A stretch of DNA of 64,000 nt from Hydrolagus colliei (Eukaryota), in the NCBI GenBank assembly GCA_035084275.1, contig CM068749.1, forward strand, positions 16,368,001 through 16,432,000. The letters are read 5' to 3'. Under the pieces are notes generated by a model. It was not told the DNA's origin. It saw only the letters and a list, made by a program, of their open reading frames with translations, and searched no databases. The position numbers and the translations under genes are program-made. The first letter of the stretch is position 1, and each line of letters opens with the position of its first letter. Positions 37,658 to 52,170 of this stretch are shown piece after piece.

Positions 37658-38721
37658 ATGTGAATTCACAATGTATCCATGACGTGCTGCTGTATATGAA
37701 ACGGTATAACATGGGTCAAGAGACCCATTGTGACTAAAACCTCAAATAGCTGGTATTCTGCAAACTGGATGTCAAGGACTATTATCGAAGAGAAGATGGT
37801 CCAGCACCGCGGAGTATACTTGACAAACATTACCGTTGAGAATGTGTTGGCATATTCTTTTAGAGGTTTGTCAGACGTGTGCTGTTACCATGTAAACCGT
37901 CTCGACAATGTGCAAAAAAAAGCCACCAAATAGGAAGGTTTTATCTTTCGTAAAATATAGAAACAAATATTTTTTTTACATGTAAGGAGGCCATTCCGTT
38001 CCATCACAGTACTGTAAAATGTTTAGGAAGCAATTTCCCACATTATAAATGAACCATTCGATTCTTAGGAAAATCAAACTTTATAAATAACTTTTCATTC
38101 TTCAAAAACCTTCCACTATTGTGCACTGAACTCCCCTGAATGTTAATGTATGACTTTCAAGATCACTGGTAGATTGGACCAATATGTAAATGTGTTAATT
38201 AGAACTGATTAAACATATGGACATCACGGAGTGATTGGGGATAGTTCTATACAGCCTTTTACCAAGAAAGACACCCAATTAGAAGTTAGTTGGAATTATG
38301 CAAATGCCCAACTTCAACAAGCAAGAATGGGGCTGTTGACCTATGCTAATGAATCTGACACCATATGCTGGTGGCAGTAAAGGACGCAAATTGGAGATTA
38401 AATTGCAAAGGAGACTACATTTTAGAGATACAGAAGTGTTTGTTTTGGTGAAACAATTCAAGTTTCAAAGATGTTCTCTCCAGAACCAAATTAATGTTGT
38501 CAACCACGGCAGGAAAGAAAGGCACAGGCTATCATATCTTATAAAGTATTAACAGTTTTACAAACTCACAAGGCTGCTGTAACCAGTTTAATGACATGCA
38601 GCAAAGAATCAAATTATACAGTGTATAATAATAAGGGCTGCAGCAAAACAACGCACATGAAATGGAGATGGAGGAGAAACAAACCGCGTCCTTGCCTGTA
38701 ATCTGTGATAAACAATCTTAC

Positions 38722-38803
38722 CTTCCGCGACACAAGAAGTTAGGTTTGAAGTATTGGTTTGGTTAACAAAATTTACACAGTTGGGTTTTGTAAGAAATTT
38801 TAC
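38722..38803 (-). CDS. Candidate internal coding exon (unidentified protein)
   Basis: CACTTCTATTAG| ... GAAG|GTAAGA boundaries, 82 bp. Only one frame is open: VKFLTKPNCVNFVNQTNTSNLTSCVAE. No homolog recognised. Confidence 0.2.
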
Positions 38804-40227
38804 CTAATAGAAGTGATGTGGTTTACAAATCTTTTAATATCATACACAATCCAAAGGTTAATGCGTTAACATATACAATTATTATATTGTTAAGTTACAT
38901 TAAAGCAGTAGGATACAACAAAATTGATATTACCCGATTCCATTGGGGAAGTCACTCACCACCAGCTGCCTCACAACTGTTCCTCCTACGATGATTCCAA
39001 CTATTCCAAAGTTACATCTTTTATGTTTTTCTAACTCCATCTCCCCTTGTCACGGAGGTAGCTCCCATTCTTGGCTGGTTGTTTTGCAAAGAGAGATATA
39101 GATAATAGCCTTCCACAGCCTGCTTGTTTTTCAGCTTTGAGATAGGCAGATGTCTGAGGCTGTAGCCTTTTCCTTCAGCGGTCCATTGTTCTTACATCTA
39201 TGCTCAAGGACCCGATTGTTCATCATCTCAGAGCAGTCAATATCTTCCCAGGAAAATATGGAATGTGATCAGAAACTGACCTCAACCATTCCAGCAATGC
39301 TACTGTTAACCCCTGCTAAGCTAGTCATTAAACCAAACTAACCTTATAAAAGGATTATGGGTAGGTTACATTCTAAATGTATATAAAGATTAATTAAAAG
39401 TCTTAAAAACATTAAACGTCACAAATATAATCTTACAGTTTGCTTACAAATCACCAAGTCATTACACTTTATATTATGTCCTGTAAAGCATATAGAGACA
39501 TCCTTCTGACGCGAATGGTGTTAAATCAAATACAGTATAAGGATTATTTATATGTATTTATTAATTTAAGTGAGAACTGCATTTGGATGTCCTTAATTGT
39601 ATATTTCGCGTTCAGTGTCAAACATTACAAAATTACCTGTAGTCCTTTTCATTGTTTATTTGTGATTTCTGGTGTACACATTTATTTTCAAAGCATTTAA
39701 AAAAGTCACAACAAGTTTACTAATATTGTTTGTAACTTCATAATTGATTCATATGAAAGAGTCTTGTATCTTGCAATTGGACACATGCATCCCTGTCCAA
39801 TAGCACAATAAAAGATGATATAAAGTACAAGCAGCAAATAAATGTATTAATATGAACAAATCATTTGTTAGATATTTCAGTTATATGCACAAACACTGAA
39901 ATTGAGATATGCATCTATTAGATTAACTGAGATAGGTATAGATTAATGTCCAGTCTGCATGTGCTGTACAAGTAAAGTATGCCAGAACAATATAGAATTT
40001 GCATAATGGCCTAGGTTAATTATATCTACCCTCCAATAACATCCAGTTAATACACATCAGTACAGTATTTTAGTTCACCAATGGAGCTGACATACTGTCA
40101 CATATCGCCAATTGGAATTTCTAAATGCCAATAATGCTCAATGTAGCCTTAACATCTAGACTGTGTGTTTTAGCCTGACAGAACATCATTAGCAGATAAA
40201 CAGGATTTTACTTCTTTTTAAAAATTT

Positions 40228-40397
40228 GGGCACTTGATCAACGACTGCTGGTGGGACACTGGTGTGCGCAATTGGCTGCAAAGTTTAGCCCCTAAAATAC
40301 ACAGTCAATTCACTTTACAAGATATTCCGTGAAGTGCTTTGAGACATCTGAACAACATGATAAAGCACTATATCAAATGTATGGATTATTATTATTG
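40228..40397 (+). mobile_element. SINE 3' half, diverged
   Basis: ACGACTGCTGGTGGGACAC...GCACTATATCAAATG...GG(ATT)n. Confidence 0.88.
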
Positions 40398-43300
40398 TTA
40401 CACCAACGGTGCTAGTGGTAGAATTGTCATTTTTTTCACTTGTACTGCCCTGATTTGGAATAGATTTGCCAGACCTCCGTCAGGTAAAACATGTACCAAG
40501 TGCCAAATGGGCAGAAAAGGATAATCAGGGCTGACACAACAGAAATATCGCTCATTAAACCTCAGTCTGGGCAATCAGCCATTGCCGCTAACAAGCAGGG
40601 TTTATTAAAAAAATACTTTCTTGGAGAGCACTGCTGAACTCATTTCCTCAGTGGGGTTTGACACTAACCTGGTGTTTTCACAGTTATGCGGGAAGTGTTT
40701 AAAACACAAAGATTTAAGGCTTTGGTTTCATCTAGTGCTGGGCTAGATGTCTCTCTCTGCAATGCACACAAGGCATATTCAACATTTCAGGCAGTAAAAT
40801 GAATGCATTTTGTTGGTAATGATGGTGGGTGTTGAAATAATAAAATTTAATTTCACAGGGAGAGACAGCTGCAGTGAGATCATACTCTGATTTCCACCAT
40901 CGGAAAGATTAGCAAGATACCGCCTGCACAATGGAAAGCCTGGGCTAGTTATTTAATGCACCGGTGTCACCTGGAAATACAAGGGATCTCTTAAATAGAC
41001 GTTAGCTGAATAATCTGCCATCCTATAATTATACACTTTTAGGAAGTCCAATTACTTTCAGTCGCTGTAACTTTAGAGGGTGAATGAAGCAACAGAATGT
41101 TCAAAATCGGATTGCTATATGTAGTTAAACTGGTTGGGATGTGTATGTAGCAGAATAATTAATTACAAACTGTAGATCATAAGACTTTTTTTTAAAAAAA
41201 ATGCTATTTCTTGTAAATATACAATTTCTTGTGAAGCTCCAATGTTACATTTCTCACTGTTTCCTTTATGGCTATTTCAACAATAAGCTCCTACAGGATT
41301 CCACTTGTGAATGTCCCTGGTGAAAGGTTTGGATCAAATTTACCAGAAAATTGAATTCCTTTGTTACACATAACACCATGAATGAAGTATGCTTGATCGT
41401 ATAGAGATGCCATTTATTCTCCCACCATACACACACATTTCTGGGTGGAGGTTTGGCAGGTTGTAGGTACCATTAAATGTTTTGAGCTGCCAACATCCTT
41501 GAGAATGGGGCAGGTTTAACCCATCATGTCTAGCTCAGCAGTCTTAAAGAGCAACCTTTTGGGTCTCATTTAGTATGAGCATCAAATATGCCTAAGGCAG
41601 CAGCAGAAGCATGCATTAAACCAAGTTTGCATTACCGAACATATTTCAGGAGTGTCTGTCTGATTCAGTTTCCTCTCCTGTTGGTAAAACCACTCAATTT
41701 ATATTGAGGATTAGTTTCACCAAAGGAGGGAAGCAAAAGCAGCCAAAAATATTGCCTGCCCAAAAGTCATATTATTTAAGAAATATCTACATGACATTAC
41801 TGAACCAGTATTTTCAAACACAAAAGTGGAGGATATGTTCCAGTTTCCCCCCTTTGTCCATTTAATGTTTTCTTCGCAATTATGGATTTGAATATTTTTC
41901 GCAGAAGGCAAACCATCTGGGAAGGCAGTCAAATCACTGTGTCAATAACTTCGCTGAGCATATTAAAGATCCTTTGTTTTCCAGGAGGACAATCTTGCAC
42001 TCTAGAAATTTCACAGAGCTAATTTGGGGGTATCCAAAATGTCATCAGTCTCAGAGTTTACTATAACTTTTCTGTTAGCGATAAATTGTTTCAAAGACCC
42101 ATTCTAAATTGCATTTTCAAACTGTCAGAAATATTGTTATGAAAATAATGGCATAAGCTGCATTGGCTCCATGAAGGTTTTGTTGCAGGGTGATATAACC
42201 TCTTAAACCTAACGGGAAAATATGTTCCAGTGAGTCGGAAATGACTACATTATGAAACGTAACATTTGGAATACAGGACTGAATGGATGAATACTTATTT
42301 CAATTTTTAAGTGCATTTGCTGCTGTGAGAATGTTGCAGTAAGGAGGAAATTAAGTGTGGGAGTTTTGATTTCATTGCCTGTTTGTGAATCTGGATAAAT
42401 AAAACTGTTCCACTGAATCCTTAGCAATGGTGCGATGACATTTGGAGTTTTGCGATAATGCTCCATCATACTTTCAAATGTACTGTACTCATCTTAAGTA
42501 TGTACTTCAGATAATTGTGTACCAATTGCAATATATCAGTTATACTCTAAAGAGAAGTACTTCATACTTTATTTTCCAACATAGCTGAAGAGGGACAAAA
42601 GCATTAATAAAGGTCACTTGTAGCAGCCCTGATGGTGTGACTGATATAGCTGCAGCTTATAGACCAGGATCTTGTTGGATCGATTTTTGGTTCACTCTGA
42701 GTTTTGCTGGTCTGTTTTCAGCCAGGATGGGGAGGGTAAATTTGTCCCAGCCTTCCAAGGGTTTGGGAGGGGAAAATCAACTGGGAATGCTGAATCTCCC
42801 TTCAGCACCCTGCATTCATAGTTTGTGTGTGTGTGTAGATATATATACTGTAAATATACTGCGTATACATATATATGTATATATACGTGGAGGCTGAGTG
42901 GAAAGAGGATTGGCTGTGACAGAGACACAGGTGAACACTGGACATGTGGGAAGGGAACCAGGGGGCTCCCAGAAACTATGGAACTACCCATTATGAGGAA
43001 ATGAGCAGTATGAGGATGCTGAGCTGGGCAGAGTGAGGCTGGAGAGCATGAGTAGAGAGGAAGATTCCATTGAAGAAAAAATTTGAAAAACATTTTTTAA
43101 GTTAAAAAAATGAAGGTGGCTCATTTGTGATAATAGAAATAAGGTTGCAAGATGTTAACGAAACAATTAGACATCTTATTCATGAAGTATAAAAGTTAAA
43201 TTAATATGTAAATTGGAAACAAAAATAAATGTATTTGTTTTCTTCTACATGAAGAAAAGCACACGGTAATTTACTCTGCTGCTGCTGATGCACGTTGAAG

Positions 43301-43615
43301 TCTGCAATTTTTTTTATAATTCATATCTAATCATCACTGCACTGATAATGTTTATCGTTTCACATTTATGATACAATTGAACTGTTATTATGGTATTGAA
43401 AATGTAAATTCAACATTCAAAATGATCTGGAAATTACTCAAGTAAATTGTACAGTAAAGTATAAATCTTATTATTTCATTGTACGGTATCACTATTTTTC
43501 AATTTTTGGAAGCTATTTTGATCTGCCTACTTTTGCAATGTTTTATGATTCACTTTGTGTGGTAATTCTCTGCTTAATCTCTTTCAGGCTTATTTCTCCT
43601 AAAGTGCTATCCACC

Positions 43616-43667
43616 TTTCTGCCTCTTTCCCTCTTGCGTACACTCGCAAGAGGGAAAGAAGCAGAAA
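43616..43667. repeat. Near-perfect 23-bp inverted repeat with 6-nt loop
   Basis: TTTCTGCCTCTTTCCCTCTTGCG-TACACT-CGCAAGAGGGAAAGAAGCAGAAA, 22/23 complementary. Confidence 0.95.
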
Positions 43668-44776
43668 ATCTCCAAGATATCCTTTAATGCTGTTCTGAAC
43701 AAGCCAGTATATATTTTTATCGTACATTTTTAATTCTGAGAGGAATCCTCTACAAACTGCTACAAAGAATTATGATTAATGTTACCTTTTTCCCCATGGT
43801 TATAGATGTTTTGCTTAAAACACATGTAGTTATGACACCATTTTGACTAGCTTGAATGAGAGTTACTGAAGCCAACAGTGCAAGGGAGCTGAAATACTAT
43901 TAGTAATTGACCTTAGAGTGCATCAGCACCAATTGTATGTTAATTCAGCTCTCCTGTTCAGTCAGGCTCAATACCTTTCCTAAGATAGCATCCCACTATG
44001 TAGCACATTTACATTGCAAAGAAGAGTACTTCAGTCTGGTTCAAGTAGGAATACTCTTAAGCTGCTGGTGTTGATTTTACCTACATTTACTTTCCAGAAT
44101 TGAATCCAGCATTCTGATATCAACATCAAAATTGAAACAATAGATTGTTTTCGAACGGCAATATGGCCTGGGCCAATATAATGCAGGGAAGGACCCTACA
44201 TATGCTGCTGTTTCTGATGCCGTTGCCTCTGAAAGCGGTATGTAAATCCATCAAGGATGGTAAGTGGCTGTGAAGTCAGATATGATGCTTCATTACACTG
44301 CAATACTTCTGCTGATGGTCAGACTGACACCATAACGATGGAAGAATGCTCCAAGACTCACTCTTTAACTGAAAGTATTCCACTAACTTTCAAAATGGAG
44401 CACGAGGATAATCAAATTAATTGCAATACTTTGTAACAAATGGATTTTTAAAATGGGTTCTGATGGCAAGATTCCTTCTCATCTGTTCCATTTTATATCA
44501 GGCAGATTAGCCTTGATTGATATTAATGAATACTAAAAGGGCAGAACAAAATGGTTTTGGGGGCATTCATTTGATTCAAGCCCTGGACCGGGATTTGGTT
44601 TCAGATTGGAATTAATGGCACTGGTTGCAGTAGAAATCAGTTTTTTCAGTAAAAAATCAGTCCATTGAATGTTAAGTGGTTCAATGTTATCAAAGAATCA
44701 GTTGTACTCCTGGCTTTTTACTAATGTTTTTAAAAAAGTTAACCACCATTTATGTGGTGATGAGCAGAATCGTATT

Positions 44777-45080
44777 ACAAAAAATGCGCACTTGTATAGT
44801 GCACTCCATGCAGGGCAGTGTCTCAGAGTGCTTGGCTCTCCTCTATGCTTTCCTTATCCTCAGGCTGAGAGACAGAACTGGAAAATGTAAACAAATCACT
44901 CTGTTTCAAATCACTCTACCATATTCCATTGCCTCCAGCAGTATAAACCCAATTCTTCAATTATGTCTTTGGTCATCTCCCTCCCCTCCACACCCTTCCC
45001 CTGTTTCTGCTAGGCACCCATCCCTGTAAAGAGTTCTGATATCTTATTCCATGTGAAGGGCGCTATGAAAATGCAAATTG
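44777..45080. mobile_element. Two degenerate L2-type tails in opposite orientation
   Basis: Minus tail CACTTGTATAGTGCACTCCATG...TCTCAGAGTGCT (44777-44833) and plus tail CCATGTGAAGGGCGCTATGAAAATGCAAATTG (ending near 45080). Confidence 0.55.
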
Positions 45081-46631
45081 ATCGGTAAAAGGAATACTAA
45101 ACAACCTTGTCGGTAGCTTTCTCTTTCATTATACTGTACCATATTCATATTATAAATGATTTACTAATTCATGGCAGATATTTTAAATTTTCATTTCTTT
45201 AATCCTTAGAAAACATCTATTTAATTACTTGCTAACATTTTCTTCTTGCTGTGATTTGATGACTTTGCTTCTGTATCCTGTGCCCTATCTGTTGCTTGTT
45301 ATTTTGCAAAGGTTCAGTGCACTTTTTTTTTCTATTTCAGTGCTTTATATCATGTTTGAAATTCTGACCTTTACAAAGATACCCAGTGATATTTATTTCA
45401 TTTGTTAATTTTTTTTAATTCAAATTTTTTGTGTGTGTACGGGGTGGAGAATTGTTGACAGTCACAAATTTTACTGCAGAAACAACGTGTCTTATTTCAT
45501 TTTCAAAATGTTTGTTTGATTACAAATTGGTATTTTAATCTGCCTTCCTAAATGCAAAGTGTATAAATGTTCCAGTCTCCTTGTCCAATTCCCACTCATT
45601 TCAGATCATTACCTCTGTTCATTCTGCTGTGATTCTTCCTTGTATCTTTGTGAAGTGATGGAAATTAGAAACAAATGCAAGGTGCCCATTATCGTACTGT
45701 TCCAACCTACAGAACAGTCCGTGAAGCTGAGAACAATAGACATACAAATCTGCACTGCACAACTCTGGAAATGCATTGCCACACTTATCCTGTGCACTTT
45801 TCCTGTCACGTACAATAGCTTGCAGGTTAGAGGAGGTAAATGAAGACAAAAGGACTAATGTTTCCCATGAGGATCCTGAAATACATTTAAATGACTGTTT
45901 TAGTAGATGTAAAACAAAAAGAACCTTGTTTTCCTATGGCCAAAGGGGTTTTATTTGTGGTGTGAGAAAGGCCAGCAATTAAATACATTAGTTTGACTAC
46001 AAATATCTCACAAACATATAATATATTTGACTAATTTCTCCATCTCTCCTATCCCGCCTCACCCCCTCCCCTCCCCCCGACAGACACACACACAAACCTT
46101 GGGGACACTGAATAGGTTCACCATTAACAATGATTGGCAATCTCCAGGTCCCATCCTGAAGTTAAAAGATCACATTTAACTTTATGTCACACATGATGTT
46201 GTTGTCGACATGTAATCCCTTTCATGCCCGCACATCACAAGTGAGAACAGATGGCATGTGAAATGAAAAGTCATTTCATAGGAGCTTTACTCAAACCTTT
46301 GCACAATCCACACAGTGCTAAAGCTGCTCTTTAAAATTAATATGTGCGTCTGATTTTTAATTCTGATCTTAATAATTTTTAATTTTAATGGGTAAGATTA
46401 AATTGTTTTATTTTAATGACCCATCCAATGAGGTAACATTTGTATTTCCTTCTTAATTCATTCCTTGTGTTAACTACCCCAAGGAATGTGTTAAGAAACT
46501 ACCATTAATTGTAACCTATTATATTGTATAGAAAGAATGCATCATGAGCAAAGAAAACAATATGATCACATTTTTACGCTGCTGATCATAACTCTGCCCT
46601 TCCTGACTTAAAATTGCCTTCTGTGTTAATG

Positions 46632-46890
46632 AACAACAACTAGCATTTACAGTGTCCTTCAGCTTGGGCGATCTTAAAGGTGAGGACCTTGAAAATGAGT
46701 CGCTGGAGGATAGGGAACCAGTCTGGGGAGTTTGATGCAGGTTTGATGCGGGCAGGAAAGGTTTGGTAAAAATTGGAGCTTATGGATGGTGAGGCTGTGC
46801 AAGTCAACAAGGAGTACCTTGGAAAAGACTAAACGAGAGATAACAAGGGCATGATTATATGTTTCAATGGCATTTGGTGTGAGATAATCA
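46632..46890 (-). mobile_element. L2 ORF2 fragment joined to tail
   Basis: Minus translation YLTPNAIETYNHALVISRL...TIHKLQ matches L2 ORF2. The reverse tail AACAACAACTAGCATTT is at the left end. Confidence 0.8.
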
Positions 46891-47519
46891 TAATCACTGC
46901 TCATCATGTATCCTTTATTTCAAAATCCCATTCTTTTTCTCCCCAGGCTCTGGTTTATTCAGCATTCTTTCTTACAATCACTATTACCAGGCATAGAGAG
47001 AATGTGATGATTGAGGATCAGAAGATGTACACTGATACAGAGTTCAGCAATGTGCAGCTTCTGTTACAAAGCAGTCAGCTTTGCAGTAACTTAAGATGTG
47101 CTATGTCTCAAACCAAAGTATTTATCTGATTCAAATTGCCTTAACTGTGCACAGAGTAGAGCCAGCTGAAGCAGGCCTTATCTTGCGTATTATAGAGATA
47201 ATGTGGTCGGAAGCAATCTACTTTTCTTGCATCTCAGTAAACTGCTTTTGTTTTTATCCATCATAACACTGCTTTCAAATCCGGCAACAAAAAATGGGTC
47301 AGGATCTGCCTACACTCAGGTTGTAGTTGCCTGAGGAGATATATGTTGCTCACGATTTGTGTGACCTGCTAGAAAATCCATTTTGTATTGTTAACCCAGT
47401 TCTGTATAACCAGGTGATGTCAACAGGCCATTCTTCATTCTTGTTGTTTGTGTCACTTTTTGGTCACTTTGTCATGCCTGCGTCATGGCTTGGATAACAC
47501 ACGTCATTCTTGGGTTAGT

Positions 47520-47597
47520 GAAGCGCTCAGGGACGTTACCCCATGTGAAGATCACTATATAAATGTCGCTGTTGTCATATGTATGTTGCTGTTGTCA
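47520..47597 (+). mobile_element. L2-type 3' tail
   Basis: GAAGCGCTCAGGGACGTTACCCCATGTGAAGATCACTATATAAATG...TGTTG. Confidence 0.65.
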
Positions 47598-50500
47598 TTT
47601 GATTATTTTCTTTGTATTAGTTTAATTCCCTATCCTATGCTGTTAATGGATTTCTTTTTGACTCGATAAGTGCATCATTTAAACATTCTGCCCATATCAA
47701 CGCTAATTCATGAAGGTTCAAACTCTACTTAATGGAGAAATGTACTTGCTGAAGTGAAGAATGACAGTTTAAGGACATTTTCCAAATTATTGGTAGTCAT
47801 ACACTCCAGTAAAGCTCCCACCACACTACCTCAATGCTATACAGGTATGTGCCCACAGTCTACATACTGATCGACCCTTTGCACCAGCAGCAAACATGAA
47901 ATCCTGTGATTGTTTTTCTCTTTAGCAAGACCCCAAGAGAGCGATGGTCCTGGACTTCTGTCTCTGTGTGAGGGATAAGGAGAATTGCAGCCGAGAGTAT
48001 TCATCTTTACCGTGATCGCAGTGCATATACACAGACTCCAAGGTTTGCAAACTTCAACTCTAGGTCATTTCAAATGCCTGTATTTTATTGCTTGGGAAAT
48101 TGCTAAGACAAAGCACAGCCAATGGTTACCTTTTAGTGGGTCACAAAGGTTGAGTCACACTTACCTCGGATACTGTGATTGGCACCAACTAAACAATCAC
48201 AGTTGACCCGCTAAAGTACTGCTCCTTCCTGATCTGAACATTTTTAAACGACAAAACATATCCTTCTGCTGCCTAACTACCCCACAAATCAAAGTCAACA
48301 GGATTTTGAAATCAGCTGCTAGGATTCAGTGTCTGCCAACCTATTCCTTCTGCAGGCAGCCATAAAGCACCCAGCAGGAGCAAGGTGCCTCGCTTATTAA
48401 TTTTTTATTTGTAAAATGCTTCAGGGAGAAAATATAATTTAGTTATAATTAAAAAAAATTCCAGTGAGTTTGATATCTATTAAAAAGTTCCTCCCGAGAC
48501 TCTGGCCTTTGCAGGTTGATGCAGAGACATTAGAGAAAGTGTTACAGTCAGATTGAGCATTCAATATTTGGTGGAATTGGGAACCTCTTAGATGCTGGTA
48601 AGACCTTGCTATACCCAGGAGGGATAAGGTATTATTAGGTTAAATCACAGCATGGACATCATTTAAAACAAAGGTTAACAGCAATGATTCAAAGGTATAA
48701 CAATTAAATTCCCATCTATTTACCCAGTAGATTTTCCTCAGATCAATTGGGAGAAGGGTACACAAGGAGTCGCTCCTGAGGACTCACATATATAGTTTCC
48801 ATACAGAATTAATTTACCTAGCAAAAAATATTAAATTAAACCTAGTGTTACCACCCTCAAATATAACCCCCATGCCCATTAGATAAAAATAGACCAAGGT
48901 CAAGTTGGCCCAAGCTCCAATTAAAACACCAACTGTTCATAAAGTTACGTCTCAATTGACAGAAAATGTACTTTCTCCTACGTTTCTCAAAGGGTTTAAA
49001 TTACACTGCACTTTTCCAAAGAAATCATCCATGCAAATAGTTTGTTTATTCTTGGGCAAAAAATAATTAAAGGCAGCAAAAAGCCATTCTCACCAGACAT
49101 GAAATGAAAGGTTTGGCAGAAGGCTGGGTTTTGGCCAAATTTCTATCGGCCTGACCTCTTCACCCCGCGTTTATTGGAGCAGGAATATTTTGATTACATG
49201 GCACAGCCTTTAAAGATTGTCTTTGCACCCCCATGTGCTTGTGAAATGTATTGATTTGACAAATGACTTGAATGTAAGTGTGAGGTGGTGCAATCCAAAC
49301 CAGACGTTATATTCTTCGTTAACTGGTGGTTGGAAATGCACTAGAAAAAAGGCGCAACATGCAACAAATGATTCCAAACAAGCTATCAACAACTGTACCT
49401 CAGGCTATACAGCCGAAATGCAACACATACGTAGTCTTCAGAAGATATTATTGTTTTGACCATATTTCCAGTCAGGGTCTCTTGAAATGAATATAGAACA
49501 GATGATACGCATTTATTTAATATTTCCTTTGGTCAGTTGTATGCTGCACAGTAAAATAAAGGTTTCAATATCAACGTCAACCCCAAACAAATATTTTGTG
49601 GCAAATGATAGAGTATTTGTATTAAATGGGTATTACTATTATTAAATTGTATCTTAAATTAAACACTGATGTTTCGCTTTTAACTCTGCTGACTGACTTT
49701 CTGGAGGATATGTCTAGAGAAGAAACATTCTTTTGGTGTCTCTCGCAATGTTTTGATCTCCTCGTTTTTCTGAACACTACCGGGTTCTGGGTTCCAGAAA
49801 TATACTTTGTTCACCTTCGAGAGTATAATGATCTGCCAATAATTCTTTCTAAGTATATCTAAGTGAACAAAAATCGCCTAGGGAGACATGAGACTTAATG
49901 TAGAGTGTCTGATGGACTGTTGTCACAATATGAATTTAAAAAAGGAGCAAGTTATGTTGAAATTACAGTACATAAAAACAAGAACATTTATAATTGCCTG
50001 AAAGGTCAAGTGGCATTGCTTCCAGCAGTCAAAGCAGGAGTTGAGAATTAGTGCAATTAAGTTTTGATCTTATTTCTATTTCCCAGCAGAAACCTTCTGA
50101 TTTTGTGGTAGATGGTTCAGCTAGTTGGATGGAATTATTTCTCGAAACTTGTGGATATCCAGGCAACAGGACCCTTCAGCTAACAATTAGTCTGTCTCTT
50201 CACATAGTCGGAGAATTTGCCAAGATAACTCTTGTCAAGATAAGGTTATACACATGGGAATAGTTGATATGAGAAGAACAGTGTTAGAATGCAAATTTTC
50301 CAAACTAATTTTTATATTTTCTTTTTAAGAAATATCAGTGTTTCTGTCACAAAATTCTAAATGCTCATCTCACTGTCCATATCTAGTATGGAATATCCAC
50401 AACTGCAATCTAGTTTAAAATCCGGTATTTTCTAGGTAAGGTGGAGGAATGCTATTAAATATTTTATCTGTAATGAAAATAATCATGTTATTCCTTTGCA

Positions 50501-51544
50501 TATCATTTAATGGGCACTGTTTGTACAAAGACATTGCTTAGATAAAAAGTGATTAAGCATGAATTCGGTATCCCGGATTCTTTCACTACCCTGTGAATGA
50601 TTTAAGCTGTTGGCTTAGAATTGGTAAACATGATTTTCATATTTCAAGTAAGAGCCATTTGAAGTAAATACAGATCAGATGGTAAACATTTATTTAATAT
50701 TTCTTTTGGTCTGTTCATTGCTGCTCCCAGGCAAGCTAAAACAGATTGCGGGTTAAGTGTTATGTTAATAACATTTTCAAACTTTCCATTCCATTTCCAT
50801 ATTAAAATTATTCATCTGAAAAGTAACATTTTAGGAAGAAAAAAATATTCCATAACTGTAAGGAAATCCAATCCATTAATACAGTATTAGTACAATACCT
50901 TGTGGGGGTTTTCATCAATCCAAATACCGTATATCTATTTATTTGTTGATATATATTTACAATGTCTCCAACAGTATCAAACCCGTTAAAGAAAGGAGAG
51001 ACCCCCACATGCTGCTGTCCCGTTATTTTATACGACTCATTTTACCTAACTCCCCGATGCCATCCACCCACCCACCCCGCTCCATTTTATGGGTGAGGCA
51101 GACAGACAGAAATATATGGGACACTCTTTGTTTACATCTCAAACGTCACAATACTTTATATACTTTGGGAGAACTTCCCCGCCCTCAAAAAAAAGCTTGA
51201 GTAAGTCTTTGTGCTTTATCTAAAAATCTCTGTGGGTCCTTCCGTTTACATACTTAACTCACATGCATTTATCCTGTCCTCATCAGCCTTATGGTTACCA
51301 TTAGTCATGCACTAAGTAAAACTGAATGGAAAGGGATAAACATGATTATTTTAATGGTGAGATCTTTTGGGGAAAAGGGAGCACTTATTTCTTTGTGGAC
51401 TATCTTGTTTGTACTCCATTCTATGTCTTTTGTTGGAGTAGCAATGCAAATAAAGGAAGAAACCAAGCATGTAATTAGAGCACGGCCACTTCTAGTCACA
51501 AGGCAATAACAATGGTTTAGGTGAATACATCCAGTTGATCCATT

Positions 51545-51700
51545 TCAGCTTGTCCATCCAGAACACCTTTCTCACAGTCCTCCATCACACAACTAAACTT
51601 ATATGAGTCCAGCATCCTGGACCCAAACATCCTTTCTGGTAACCCATTCCAGCTGCAAACTGTTGTAGGCATGAAAAAATAATTCCTTGTACCCTGACAA
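51545..51700 (-). mobile_element. CR1 ORF2 C-terminal remnant
   Basis: The minus ORF contains TRNYFFMPTTVCSWNGLPERM...LDSYK. Confidence 0.65.
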
Positions 51701-51962
51701 TAGTCAATTGTCACTAGTTGTGTGACTTTGCAAATCTGCTTCCAGTGTTCTTGTGTATAATGTTGCATGATATATAAATATAAATTGTTGTTGTTGTTTT
51801 TTACTGAACACTGCATTTTTACCTATATCTCTGCAGTGTAAGTTGAACGTATCCCAATTCTCCTCCCTCTAAGGAATGTTATTTGCTGATTTCTATACTT
51901 TTATGCAAGAAATTCTATGGCCAAATGTTCACCTTCCAATGACATATAGACCAAGATTTTTT

Positions 51963-52170
51963 TTATCCTTGCATTTGATATCGCATCTTATCGGCATCTC
52001 AAAGCGCTTCACAGAATATACTGTAAAGTGAATTGATTGTATATTTGTGGGCGAATCGTGGCAGCCAATTGCACACAGCAGTGTCCCACAAACAGTCGTG
52101 GATTGAAATAACCAAGGAAACTTGCCCAAGGTTTCGCCCTGACCTGCTTGAATTCGAACACAGGTCTCCC
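51963..52170 (-). mobile_element. tRNA-derived SINE with internal deletion
   Basis: Tail, body and B box are present but the A-rich linker is deleted. CCAAGAT at 51951-51957 and 52170-52176 is a candidate TSD. Confidence 0.93.

Noticed and set aside
37730-37933. ORF ending LDNVQKKATK
   Set aside because: It resembles CR1 LERVQRRATK, so it is probably a decayed LINE rather than a host gene, and too weak to list as a feature.
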